NCBI GenBank assembly: GCA_002633005.1
Contig: NMRA01000617.1
Location: 132,367-196,366, forward strand
Direction: 5' to 3'
Origin: Phoronis australis
Lineage: Eukaryota; Animalia; Phoronida
Length of the DNA: 64,000 nucleotides
A model generated the notes under the pieces. It worked only from the letters and a program-made list of their open reading frames with translations, did not search any database and was not told the DNA's origin. Position numbers and translations under genes: made by a program. This document shows, one piece after another, positions 51,401 through 62,525 of this stretch. The stretch's first letter is position 1; each line of letters begins with the position of its first letter.

Positions 51401-54400
51401 TGAAGAAGTAATCTCTTCTCAGAATCAATCTAAAATGAAATTGAGTCCCAAAATATGTAATCAGTAGAGGATTAACTGGGGCCCCATCGCGGGCGGACTA
51501 GCAACGTGGTACTGCAAGTTAAGAACAAAGAGACTTAATTGCTTCGCAAAAGGAATATGACTGTCGGGTAGGACAAAACTATAGGCATTGCTGAGTGGAG
51601 TTCTATAGTTTTGCAGATATTTCGCTAAATGCAGAGACTTGTCGATAAGATCCTCTATAACCTTAAAGAGGCACGGAACGTGAAAACTCGTAAAATTGCC
51701 TTTTAAACAGATCGTGGCAAACCTACTTCTCCGGGAAGCTAACGTGGAAGAAAAATCCACGAAGTGATGAGCAACCGACAGATCTCTTCTTTAAAATTTG
51801 AAACTGAAGGGAAAATGCTTCGACTTCCACAGAAATTCAACATCTTTACGAACAAACTCTAAAAATAAACGGTGAACAGTTGGACTTCTCTTTTAGTGGC
51901 AGGGCACCACTGTTTTTCACGTTTTATGCAACTTTAACGTACACATGTTTTCAACCAACTATAGCACGCCAACAGGCCCTGGAGGAGGATTTGAACGTTA
52001 TAAATTTGAGTGGTATGTAGCAAAATTAAAATCATATTTAACTATAACTCACACGTACACAAGTTACCTACTTTTGGACATGGAACTTCTCTGCCGTGCG
52101 GGCACCCTGGCCTTCACGGGTCCCGTCAGCCTTGTGGTTAATCGGTCACGGTCTGTCACCTAGCTGGTGTCTTATATGCATCTTTTTGCAGCCTGTCACG
52201 TAACCGACGTTGATTTCCGCGAGTATCGTAAGAGCTGTTTGATTACCTGACTTGACTGAGAATAGAAAGCTGTAAATTAACCCGTTACGTTCATGGGATG
52301 TCGGGGAGTCCCATTCGCATGCCTGAATGTGTCAGTGCACTTCCGTTAGGAAAGTTGCCGCTCACTAGCAGCTCCTGTAATGTTTCTTTGACGGCAGAGG
52401 TGGTAATCGAATCCTCACCACGGACCAAACAACTCTGTCACGGTGCCAAATCCTTACCACGGCAGGAGAAAAACTACGCCACTCACAAAACACTTACCGT
52501 AGAGATACATGTATACGGAATCATGTTGCTGCCAGTCCAAGTCATACAACGGAACAAGATCAAAAACGCCAAAGAAAGCGTCGGCAGACTGATATGGAAG
52601 ACATTTTACATAAGCCTAGCAGGAAGAGTTCAATAACGCTAGAAAGGTCTCGCGATATTCCGCGACAAATCGCCGTGTATTTTTAATGAGACTACCAACG
52701 TGATTTTCTCTAGATTTTTTGCCGCGAGACATTTACTGAAGTTACCCCGAAATAAAAGCATGAAAATTTTGAGATATCCAGTTGAGAAAACAGATAAAGT
52801 TTGAGTGTACTACTGGAATAAAAACTTACAAAAATTAGTGACCTTGCGTACGCATCTCACGGAATTCAACTTGGCTTGTGACGACGTTAACGTTATTCTG
52901 GCCATTTGGTGGCGTTTTGACCAGACGGCGCGTCACTGACGTCAGAACACCGTCCCATACGTGTGACAAATCGAATCTTAAACCGCCTCTTTTATTTAAC
53001 GAGGGACTCTCAATGCGCTAATGGAAAGCTTTTTTACACACATCCTGAACTAGTCTTCCTCACAGTATAGGATAGTGATATCATCAGTATTGAAATCATT
53101 GTCCAGTGGCGCACAGGTGGCTAAAATAGCAGAAACATGAGTGTCCACGTAACTTATGAAGACAGTGGGAGCATAAGATACCTTCCCAAAGTTAAGATGC
53201 GTGTAAAATTGCTAACTAAAAGTGAATTCGAGTTGCAAAATGGTGTACATGTTACATTTTCATCGTTGCCTCTAGTGTGCAGGGTTGGCACTAATCAGAG
53301 TGTGTGGGACAATGACTATAATATAGGGAGTGGTGTTGGGTTAGAGCCAGACAGTATAGCTTGTGCTTTTATTGTGACTGGACTACAGTAGAATCTGAAA
53401 AGCAATGGTTAAACGCCATCAATGTAACGATCTAAGGCAACGATATTTATTCTATGAACTTCACCATGACATTTAGCGGCCTAACCATTAATGAAATTTT
53501 AAGACTTGTACTCGGGTGTATTGCTAAAACTGAAGTCAGAAGAAAATTAGCGTTAAATAGCTTATAAACACGCGTGGACGGATTTCTTAATTACGCTAAA
53601 ATTTTTGTTCAGTGTGAACTTAAATACTGTTCATGTATGGTAGGTCTGATTTCGCGAGTAAATATATCCATCAACTGTCATCACGGACAAATAACAATTA
53701 CTATGAACGATTATAACTAGGTCGTGCATTTGGATGGTTATAGCTTAGTTTTCACCCCAAGGGAACGTTTGTCTTGGTAAGTGTTATTTTTATGTGTGGA
53801 AAGTGTTAAGTGGTAAGGGTTTCCCTTTCGTGGTGAGCTGATTCTGCGGTCCGGGGTGAGGGCTCGATAACCACAATACCCCTGATCAACACTGATGTAA
53901 AGCATAGTTGGTTCTTGTCTCTAAACCGACTAATTATGAGACCTGCGCTCTCACGTAAAAAACGCATCAACTTCTGGCATATGTTTAAAAAGCTGCATTA
54001 AGGCACGTAAGCAAAAGTAAGAACGATTTGGAACGCCACGATTTGCCAAGCGATGCGAAAACAAACAAAGAAATCCTGGATAATTTTTGCTAGTCTCAGG
54101 TGGATGTTTTGAAAAAGTGAGCAAGACTTGATCTTCCATAAGAGAAACCACAACCAACTATGCTTTTTGACCTGAAAATTGCTTTCAGAATCTGGAACAA
54201 GCTTTGGCCAAAGGAGAACCGCGAGAATTTGTTTCCATTCGTTGCTTAATGGGTACCTACATCCCCATTTTCCTTCACGAGGGACTAGGATTTCCTAAGA
54301 CAACGAAGCAAATTACAGCCACGAAAAAAATCAACGGAAAGTCAATAGGTAATAACCCAATGAGTGTCTATGATTTGTGTCTTTATTTGCTGTCCCATAA

Positions 54401-57400
54401 CCATGTGACTGCATATTTTACGCTTACAGTAAAGCCTCTAATAGAAGCGTGTCTCAGGTAGACTCCAGTTTTTCACGCAAGTCGATGTTTGACTGCACAA
54501 ATGAGCGGATCATCAAAACAAGTCTGCAACATTAGCAGACAGTGGGAAGTTTGTAGACGATAAGCCTGTGATTTTGGAACGGCCTTTGTCCTAATTAACA
54601 AACGTCAGGCCTCCAATTATTTAAAGACCGATCGTTGTATGGAGCCAATTTAAAATTAAATGTCCATGCTTCTATCAGAACGTTTACGGTAGACCTGCGT
54701 TCAAAACAATGTGCCACTTTAAAGACAACTATTGGTGTACAGGTTTTTTCCGATATTCTGTGGGCACATCAGGGCATAAAGCTTAAAAAGTTATCCGCTG
54801 GATAAGTTTGATTGTTGCACGACGTCAGGTGCATTGTTCAACAATAACAACGTGACGCGTGATAATGCGACGCTTTTGTTGCTATACGGCGTATAACTTT
54901 TATACAACTGGGCCCTGGTGATTATATGAAATGTTGATAAAAGTTATACACCGTGCAGCAACAATGACGTCGCATTATCGTGCGTCACGCTGTTGATGAT
55001 GAACAATAAACCTGACGTCATGCAACAATCGAACTTATCCAGCAGGTAATTATGAAGTTGTATGCAACCCAGCCCATGTGATTACACGAAATTTTAATGA
55101 TAATCACTATGAAGCCATAAGAGATAATCAGCTGCATGTTCCGTATATGCAATACACTTGCAAAAACGTGTGATCACACAAGACTGCGAAATTTCGCCAT
55201 GCATACAAACAAAGCCAGTGACCACATTAGCTTTACTTGCAAGATCCTTACGTCTACGGAACGCTGCCGTGAACCAGCCACATACCATACGGGCGAGAAA
55301 TCTACTACCAGAATTGGAATTCGTTCATCGAGTACAGAACAATGCCGAAGCGTTCAAGGGCGCGGGTCTGGAGATTTATTTCATGGGTTGGGAACTCCGC
55401 CCAGTTAGAAGTAATAATTATGTGCTCAAAAAGAAATCATACGAGTGCCACAAGACAGCTTTTGCACGGGCGGCGCACCATAGAGGATTGGGGTGGGCTA
55501 TAGCCCCCACTTTTTAGTGCTGCGCCACCCATGGACATGGGCGGCGCACCACAAGAGGCTGAGGGGGGCTATAGCCCCCCCCACTTATTTCATTGCTGCG
55601 CCGCCCAAGAATGTCTTACTGTGAAACATTCTTGCATTGAGAAGGTGTAAATCAATTAAATAACACGATTACTGTACCTTATTCCGCTGTGCTCGAGTAT
55701 ATTATGGTTTATGTGGATGACTGGTAATCTTATTTTACACTTGATGACCCTGACATTAGAGCTACAAGTTCGAGTCTCAACTCGAATTCTCCATTTTTTA
55801 CTCGAGTTTGTTGCTCGAATCCAGGGATCGTCAACCGCCAATTTGGAGCACACAAAAGTTTGGATAAAGCTTAATCGAGCACAGAATCATAGATAATTGT
55901 CTCTTGTTCGTTTTAAAAAAAGAAAAAATGTTCCATATATTTCGATTTTGAGTGAAAAGATTAGATTCCGGACACTGGTAATGTAACAATCAAATCCTCA
56001 CATTGCACCACGTGTCATTTCTCAATTTTCATTTTTCAGATCATGCGTGGTTACAATTCCACATTTCTTCACACGAAGGATATTTACCTTCTCTATTTTC
56101 CACATTTACCCGCAATAGTACCCTACTGTGGACAGGGATTGCCTTTTTCATTTATCGATTTATCTTGCTATGTTTTATTCTTGTAAAACGTTTCGTAAAT
56201 CTTGTGTAGAAAATAAATCTGAAACTAAATAAGGCGATCCAGATCCTCCCAAGGATACTATTGTTTAACGAAATGTAGAATATAAATAGGTAAATAAAAA
56301 ACAAGAATGGATCAACTGAAATTTTCGGATATAATAATGTCCTTCGTCAACAGAAATAGAAATAAAGTAAAATCAAACACTATATGACAATTGACATTTA
56401 AGATGTGGCGTAATGAATATGATACATTTTTTCGGAAAAAATTCAATGATATAATTTAAGAAAATGTATCATATTCATTACGCTACATCTTAAATGTCAA
56501 TTGTCATATAGTGTTTGATTTTAATTTATTTCTGTTTCTGCTGACGAAGGACATTATTATATCCGAAAATTTCAGTTGATCCATTCTTGTTTTTTATTTA
56601 CCTATTTATATTTCAAATCTTGTGAAAATTTTTCGTACTGAACAAACTATCACTCTTGGTGTTTGTCTATCTGAGTTTCCTGGGTAGTACTTGAGGCATA
56701 AGTTGGAAACAGGTGCTAGAAAATTTTTGTTGCAAGAAAGCTAGTACCCATTCAGTAGGCCTACATATAGTTCGGAAACTGGTTCACCTTCTAGCGGAAT
56801 CATTTAATTGAAAAAATCGGAGCCCACCATCTCACGGTTCCAAGTTTTGATCACATTTCATTAGGAATATCTAATAAACATGTACACAGACAAACGACAA
56901 CTCCACTCCATCACTGCCTTAAACCTATCACTTTCCTGCTATCAATGACAATCGACACCTAGACGTGCCGCATGCGGGCATGACCAGGACGTCCAGCCAA
57001 ACGCGTGGTCATGTTTTGCAGGGGATGGGATATACTTTGTGAGCTTCTTTTAAAGCATATATGCAGTGTTGCTACGGAATTAATTTTTTCGTTGTTACGT
57101 CAAATGTGCCGGAATTGTTTTACCATTCATACTATATATCTCAGGTTTCATGGTAAACCTCATGTTTTGCGCTCCGGATTGCTTATTCGGTGAAGACTGG
57201 TCAAGGAGATAGTGTCTCGTTATAATATTAAATTGCCTTAAGGCAGCAAAAATGTATTTGGGTAGCGCACATGACATATCTTCAGTCGCAGGGGTTAACA
57301 GCTATTGTTATTCAGGTCTATGAATCACTTATTATAATTTCTAAAGACATTGCCTTTATTCGAGAAATATATGAAGCATTAGAGTATTGAGCGGCTCTAA

Positions 57401-58426
57401 AAGGGACATTTGGTTATGTGGGACTGGCTGTGTGCAACATATTCCTGTTTGTCCTTACTATCATCACGACGCAATCTCCAACGAACTGTCGGTTGGCTGT
57501 ATTGGCGTAGAGGTTGGAAGGGGGTTATTTCATTCTGACCTGTGTTGGCAGAAGTGGAGGGAGTACATTTTGGACCACGCTTCCTAAGAATGCTCCTGAG
57601 AGAAAGCCAAGTAAGGTCACGTTGAAAGTGATTTTGACAAACTCGCAGGAAACTAGTTTTGTGGAACGCAGCCTTGGTTTCGCCCGGTGTTCGTTTCACT
57701 TGGTCTAACGCTCCCACAATAGGCGAATAACGGTTCGGCCAAATTATTCTGAGCACATCACAGTCTAGAAAAAAATGATAGAAATTACCTCAGGAACTAG
57801 CAGTCATGTGGAAATTCTCAGAGACTGCAATTTTACTCAAGTGAGATTTATTTACATTTCAGAAATAGTGGATTGTAAGATCAAATTTAGGACTGAAGTC
57901 ACCTTAAGTCATTTTTTATAAAATAGACCTCCGCTCCATTAAGTGTTAGCTTTTTCAAGAACAGCGTTTAAGGCCAAAAAACATAGTTGGTTCTAGACTC
58001 TTTTGTGAAAATTGAGTTGGTGGTGCGGTATTTTTACGGTTGCTCGCCTTTTCAAAAAAGAATATCCACCTGAGACGAGCCGAACTGATGCGGGATTTGT
58101 TTCTTTTTACCCATCATGGCGTTTCAAAACTTGCTTACGTTTGCAAATTTTCACCAAAAATACGATACCTTGGGTGAAATCGATACGTGTGGAAGCAAGT
58201 CACAAACTAAGTTTAGGGTAAAGACGTTAATTGCTTTTTTGGCCTAACTTTCATCATTTTCTTTCTAGGTTGGACATACGGGGCGGTTATATATGAGATT
58301 TCTATGATTTGCTATGCGGAAGACGTAAAATCCAAAGTTGACAGCAATGTTTCGACGACCTTTCAAGAGCATTTGACACTATTCATAGCAATACTCCTCA
58401 GCACTTGCGCTATTAATTGTTTTTAG
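36249..58426 (+). CDS. GDA1/CD39-family NTPDase (ecto-apyrase, ENTPD-like), 8 coding exons, 459 aa
   Basis: join(36249..36428,40585..40747,42108..42294,44603..44844,46265..46429,51225..51349,54189..54348,58269..58426) = 1380 nt, all GT-AG with matching phases. ACR1 DAGSSGSR, ACR2 ATAGLR, ACR3 SGEEEGVFSWISANF, ACR4 EMGGASTQ, ACR5 GWTYGA. Confidence 0.95.
40585..40747 (+). CDS. NTPDase exon 2 (PGLSS, ACR2)
   Basis: ITEIGNEKKKPGLSSLAGNLKGVEEHLMSLVEFAKKKVPDSRQADTPIYLMATA(G); not in the ORF track. Confidence 0.93.
42108..42294 (+). CDS. NTPDase exon 3 (ACR3)
   Basis: LRLVAYQKRKQIFAAVHTSFEKKDSCPFKYHRSNSRILSGEEEGVFSWISANFLLGRLTNT. Confidence 0.93.
42535..43013. mobile_element. ~480-bp MITE in NTPDase intron 3
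   Basis: TIRs AGGTGGCACTGAACAGTT / AACTGTTTAGTGCCTCCT; the left ~45 bp recur, inverted, at ~21094-21138. Confidence 0.65.
43700..44063 (+). mobile_element. mariner transposase C-terminal remnant with right TIR
   Basis: LLLRDNSMVHTA (LHDNAPAH-like), ELLPRAPHLPDL (HPPYSPDL-like), DYVEK*, then AACTTATTGAATGGCACTAG|TA. Confidence 0.65.
44603..44844 (+). CDS. NTPDase exon 4 (ACR4)
   Basis: KNTKTVGVLEMGGASTQIAF..YSLYAHSYLYYGQD..ENPCLFT. Confidence 0.94.
45175..45675. mobile_element. Palindrome-rich MITE-like repeat (PIF/Harbinger-like start)
   Basis: Starts TTAAGGCCCTTTCATATTG; GTTCATACTG occurs three times; internal palindrome ACCGCAGCGTCGACGCTGCGGT. Confidence 0.45.
46265..46429 (+). CDS. NTPDase exon 5
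   Basis: DTVQENVNGRDITFQGTSDYDGCAAIIRQFIYKVPPEQCYPFPCTIGNTYQPPL; phase 1-1. Confidence 0.92.
46732..49752 (+). mobile_element. Decayed non-LTR retrotransposon (LINE; APE endonuclease plus RT) in NTPDase intron 5
   Basis: QWNAGGL, IICIPETHL, LLGDFNNHSPSW (endonuclease); GKDGISNEM, WKEAKI, SYRPISL, SGFRKNRST, FDTVW (RT); many stops and frameshifts. Confidence 0.9.
51225..51349 (+). CDS. NTPDase exon 6
   Basis: SNFFYAIVAFFYTLDAIGATEGDGTFTLSRAETAAREYCNQ. Confidence 0.9.
54189..54348 (+). CDS. NTPDase exon 7
   Basis: NLEQALAKGEPREFVSIRCLMGTYIPIFLHEGLGFPKTTKQITATKKINGKSI. Confidence 0.9.
54762..55075. repeat. Imperfect inverted repeat (~130-bp arms), MITE-derived
   Basis: GCTGGATAAGTTTGATTGTTGCA..GTATAACTTTTAT versus ATAAAAGTTATAC..TGCAACAATCGAACTTATCCAGC. 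Confidence 0.75.
55466..55608. repeat. Two tandem ~70-bp mini-TIR elements
   Basis: Each unit reads GGGCGGCGCACCA...GGGCTATAGCCCCC...TGCTGCGCC(A/G)CCCA. Confidence 0.6.
56279..56612. repeat. Near-perfect long palindrome (~152-bp arms, 30-bp spacer)
   Basis: 56279-56430 is the reverse complement of 56461-56612 with only a few mismatches. Confidence 0.93.
58269..58426 (+). CDS. NTPDase exon 8 (ACR5 and hydrophobic C-terminus)
   Basis: (G)WTYGAVIYEISMICYAEDVKSKVDSNVSTTFQEHLTLFIAILLSTCAINCF*; AATAAA at ~58650. Confidence 0.9.
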
Positions 58427-60214
58427 GACGGCCACTTCAACCATTTGCAGACACCTGGCGCGATTCCGTTAGGAATTTAGAAGATGTTTTAATGGATTAT
58501 TCATGACATCAGTTTCAATTGGCTACATAGCACAGAAATGAAGATAAAGGAAATCAAAGTTACAGCTTATTGGTTTATTTGAACAATCAGAAACAAAAAA
58601 AAAATCAACAATAACTTAACATTTAGAGAGTCAAAAGCCCTTAAAATTAAATAAAATCTAAACCAATACGTTGAAAGCACCAAAGAATCTGTGTACAGAA
58701 CATCAGAGTTCAATAATTACAATGATTGACTTAATGTTCCCTGAGCCCCACGTATCTGAATGAAGCACCTGGCCTTGTGTTTCCAGCATAACATTTAAAA
58801 CATGCAGGTCTGGGGCAGTAAGCACTGACACAACTTCCGAATTCTACTTATAGGACTAATAATTTTGACGGCGTTTGATATGACATAGTACAAACGGTTG
58901 CTAAAGGCACACTACTTCCAAGTGACACGAGCATCCAAACATCTCAAAACATGTCTAAGCTATACCTCGACCCATAACACAGAACTGTGGGCAGTTTTTC
59001 GAACAGTCTTATGTCTTTTGGTTATAATTCAGTCTACAGATGGATAAACCTGTTAAACGAAATCAGGATAAGGCTTAAAGTCAGAAAATGTTTCTATAAC
59101 TCGAAATCAAACGACAGAAATCTGTAGCCTGCTCATAAGCAGACTACACGCTTAAGCCAAAAGACAAGAAATCAACTTTTGCATGAAGATCGACTCTTCG
59201 ATACACTGGCTCCTGGGGCTTGTTTCTCGATGAGATTATTGGCTGTTATCTTTTCAAGTTAGCCATAAGTCACAAATCTGACTACGAATGGCCAAAAGTT
59301 AATTTTGTGTCTTTTGCGTTTCGCGAAATGTTTTCATTGTCTTCTGTCCAGTCAAGCATACTAGATTTCTGTCTTTTGTTTTCTTTCGAGTTGTAGACAA
59401 ATATACCGATTTTCAGCCTTAGTGTGCTTTCACGAAACTGACAAAATCATCTGCAGACTGTAGTTTAGCCGGAAGTCAAAAGTCCCTCAGAGAAACAGGG
59501 TCTTATTCGATATTTCTCTTTTACTGGCGTCGCGGTAAATACGTCTCCTTGGTAACTAAGTTTCCCAGTAAGTAGACGTAGTGTTAAGATAATGAGTCTT
59601 TTTCATAAATGATTACATTTTTCAACTTTTGGCCCCACTGTTAATTAATCTTCTAGTCGAATTTTTCTTTTTCTTGCATATTGAAGTTTTTTGAGTGACC
59701 CATATAATAAGGGTAATCTGGGTGTCAACTAGGGAAATGGTTCGTTTCAGGAGTCACTACAATAAACGATACTGGCTAATTCCCAGCTAACTCGCGCGAA
59801 AATTCTTCACATATATTCGAATGAAGAGAAAATTATGCATGCGCAAGAGTGGTCAGGAAATTTATTTCTCAAGAAAACCTACTTATCGTGACACTGGCAA
59901 TATTCGAAGTCGACATGATATAAGTTTCTTTTATTCAAAATTGACTCACTATCCATTCTCACAGGTTTATCATAAAACACATAATTTTCAATTAATAATT
60001 AGCCCCCAAAATGCAGGAAGTATTGCATCTTGGGCACCAAATAAATTTTCAACAGTGCAGATGCTAACCCTCGCGGGAAAAAGTACAAGCGCTAGTCCTC
60101 AGGCGCAGTCTTGCAAAGGGTTCACAAATCAATAAAAAATAAATGCTATCATCAGGGTCAGTACTGATAACGAACATTTTACAAAAGAAATACAAACAAT
60201 GTTCAGGCTTAGGA

Positions 60215-60587
60215 TCAAAGCCAAGCTAAAGCGGCAGAAATTCCGAATCCACCGGCTACAAAAAGCACCGCCACGATCCCTGGATGTTTTCGCATTTCTT
60301 CCGCCATAATTTCGACAAATGTCACGAAGAAAAACGTACCTGTCGCAACCCCTGTTAACAATCCGCTGGCAAGAGTGGAAGTCATGTTGGAAGCGCAGTT
60401 AATTGTTATGATACCGACGGCGATGCCAACAGGGGCAATAAAGGCGAAGAGCACGAGCAGAATGACCACATTGCGCATGCCCATACCACACTGTGAAAAT
60501 TCCAGTCCCAAGGTGAACGATAGGACGGCCTTGTGAATAGAAACGGCCAGCAACAAAGACCACACGTTCAGCACTTTCTTCTGTAGT
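60215..60587 (-). other. Duplicate 3' fragment of the ZIP gene, truncated at the N join (probable assembly overlap or allelic copy)
   Basis: 59203-60587 repeats 60589-61980 around a single N at 60588; translation identical to the C-terminal 123 aa. Confidence 0.85.
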
Positions 60588-61607
60588 NACACTGGCTCCT
60601 GGGGCTTGTTTCTCGATGAGATTATTGGCTGTTATCTTTTTAAGTTAGCCATAAGTCACAAATCTGACTACGAATGGACAAAAGTTGATTTTGTGTCTTT
60701 TGCGTTTCTCGAAATGTTTTCATTGTCTTCTGTCCAGTCAAGCATACTAGATTTCTGTCTTTTGTTTTCTTTCGAGTTGTAGACAAATATACCGACTTTC
60801 ACCCTTAGTGTGCTTTCACGAAACTGACAAAATCATCTGCAGACTGTAGTTTAGCCGGAAGTCAAAAGTCCCTCAAAGAAACAGGCCCGTGGTCTTATTC
60901 GATATTTCTCTTTTACTGGCGTCGCGGTAAATACGTCTCCTTGGTAACTACGTTTCCCAGTAAGTAGACGTAGTGTTAAGATAATGAGTCTTTTTCATAA
61001 ATGATTACATTTTTCAACTTTTGGCCCCACTGTTAATTAATTTTCTAGTCGAATTTTTCTTTTTCTTGCATATTGAAGTTTTTTTGAGTGACCCATATAA
61101 TAAGGGTAATCTGGGTGTCAACTAGGGAAATGGTTCGTTTCAGGAGTCACTACAATAAACGATACTAGCTAATTCCCAGCTAACTCGCGCGAAAATTCTT
61201 CACATATATTCGAATGAAGAGAAAATTATGCATGCGCAAGAGTGGTCAGGAAATTTATTTCTCAAGAAAACCTACTTATCGTGACACTGGCAATATTTGA
61301 AGTCGACAAGATATAAGTTTCTTTTATTCAAAATTGACTCACTATCCATTCTCACAGGTTTATCATAAAACACATAATTTTCAATTAATAATTAGCCCCC
61401 AAAATGCAGGAAGTATTGCATCTTGGGCACCAAATAAATTTTCAACAGTGCAGATGCTAACCCTCGCGGGAAAAAGTACAAGCGCTAGTCCTCAGGCGCA
61501 GTCTTGCAAAGGGTTCACAAATCAATAAAAAATAAATGCTATCATCAGGGTCAGTACTGATAACGAACATTTTACAAAAGAAATACAAACAATGTTCAGG
61601 CTTAGGA

Positions 61608-62525
61608 TCAAAGCCAAGCTAAAGCGGCAGAAATTCCGAATCCACCGGCTACAAAAAGCACCGCCACGATCCCTGGATGTTTTCGCATTTCTTCCGCCAT
61701 AATTTCGACAAATGTCACGAAGAAAAACGTACCTGTCGCAACCCCTGTTAACAATCCGCTGGCAAGAGTGGAAGTCATGTTGGAAGCGCAGTTAATTGTT
61801 ATGATACCGACGGCGATGCCAACAGGGGCAATAAAGGCGAAGAGCACGAGCAGAATGACCACATTGCGCATGCCCATACCACACTGTGAAAATTCCAGTC
61901 CCAAGGTGAACGATAGGACGGCCTTGTGAATAGAAACGGCCAGCAACAAAGACCACACGTTCAGCACTTTCTTCTGTAGTCCTATAGCAACACCTTCAAA
62001 GATTGTGTGTGATGCAATGGCGAAAAATAAAACAACACATCTGAGAATATTGCTGCCGTTGCTTTCGTCTTTGAGGATCTGCGACGGAAGCGCTGTTTCG
62101 TCTTCACTTGAAAGAGGCGAGTCACATACCTCGTATTTATCTTTTGATAAGTTTGCTAATTTAATGTCTTGGTCCTCTTTTTTACCGATGTGTTTACCAA
62201 TCTGACATTTAGCAAGAATCTGTTCGATTGTCATAACTAAAATAAAGCCCATGGAAGCCGTCAGCTCCGCAAAAGGGTAATCTTTAGAAATTCCCAGTTC
62301 TTTGACTGCATACTCTACAGTGTTTCTGACATCCGGTAGTAGGTGTAGAAATGCCGTGCCCATTAGAATTCCAGCGGAGAAACAGTTCAAGGCAGACAAA
62401 ATAAATCGCATGCGTTTGCTTTTGGTGTCTATTCGTTGCACAAGAATCACGGGGAGAAATCCGCAGATTAGCGCCACCGCAAATAACATAAATAACACGA
62501 TTATCTTTATTATCGTGATATCCAT
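61608..62525 (-). CDS. ZIP-family (SLC39A1/2/3-like, subfamily II) zinc/metal transporter, 305 aa, uninterrupted CDS
   Basis: LNCFSAGILMGTAFLHLLP, YPFAE, TM4 SHTIFEGVAIG, TM5 IHKAVLSF, GTFFFVTFVEI; 8 hydrophobic segments. First ATG at 62525 (the ORF track starts at a GTG directly after an acceptor-like ..tgtcaag). Confidence 0.95.
   Translation of the reverse strand: MDITIIKIIVLFMLFAVALICGFLPVILVQRIDTKSKRMRFILSALNCFSAGILMGTAFLHLLPDVRNTVEYAVKELGISKDYPFAELTASMGFILVMTIEQILAKCQIGKHIGKKEDQDIKLANLSKDKYEVCDSPLSSEDETALPSQILKDESNGSNILRCVVLFFAIASHTIFEGVAIGLQKKVLNVWSLLLAVSIHKAVLSFTLGLEFSQCGMGMRNVVILLVLFAFIAPVGIAVGIITINCASNMTSTLASGLLTGVATGTFFFVTFVEIMAEEMRKHPGIVAVLFVAGGFGISAALAWL

Noticed and set aside
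53740-53930. GC-richer segment suggestive of a SINE or structured RNA
   Set aside because: No clear A/B boxes, tRNA fold or snRNA signature recognised.
60215-60592. Second ZIP gene or pseudogene
   Set aside because: Ends exactly at a single-N join and duplicates the neighbour; treated as an assembly overlap.
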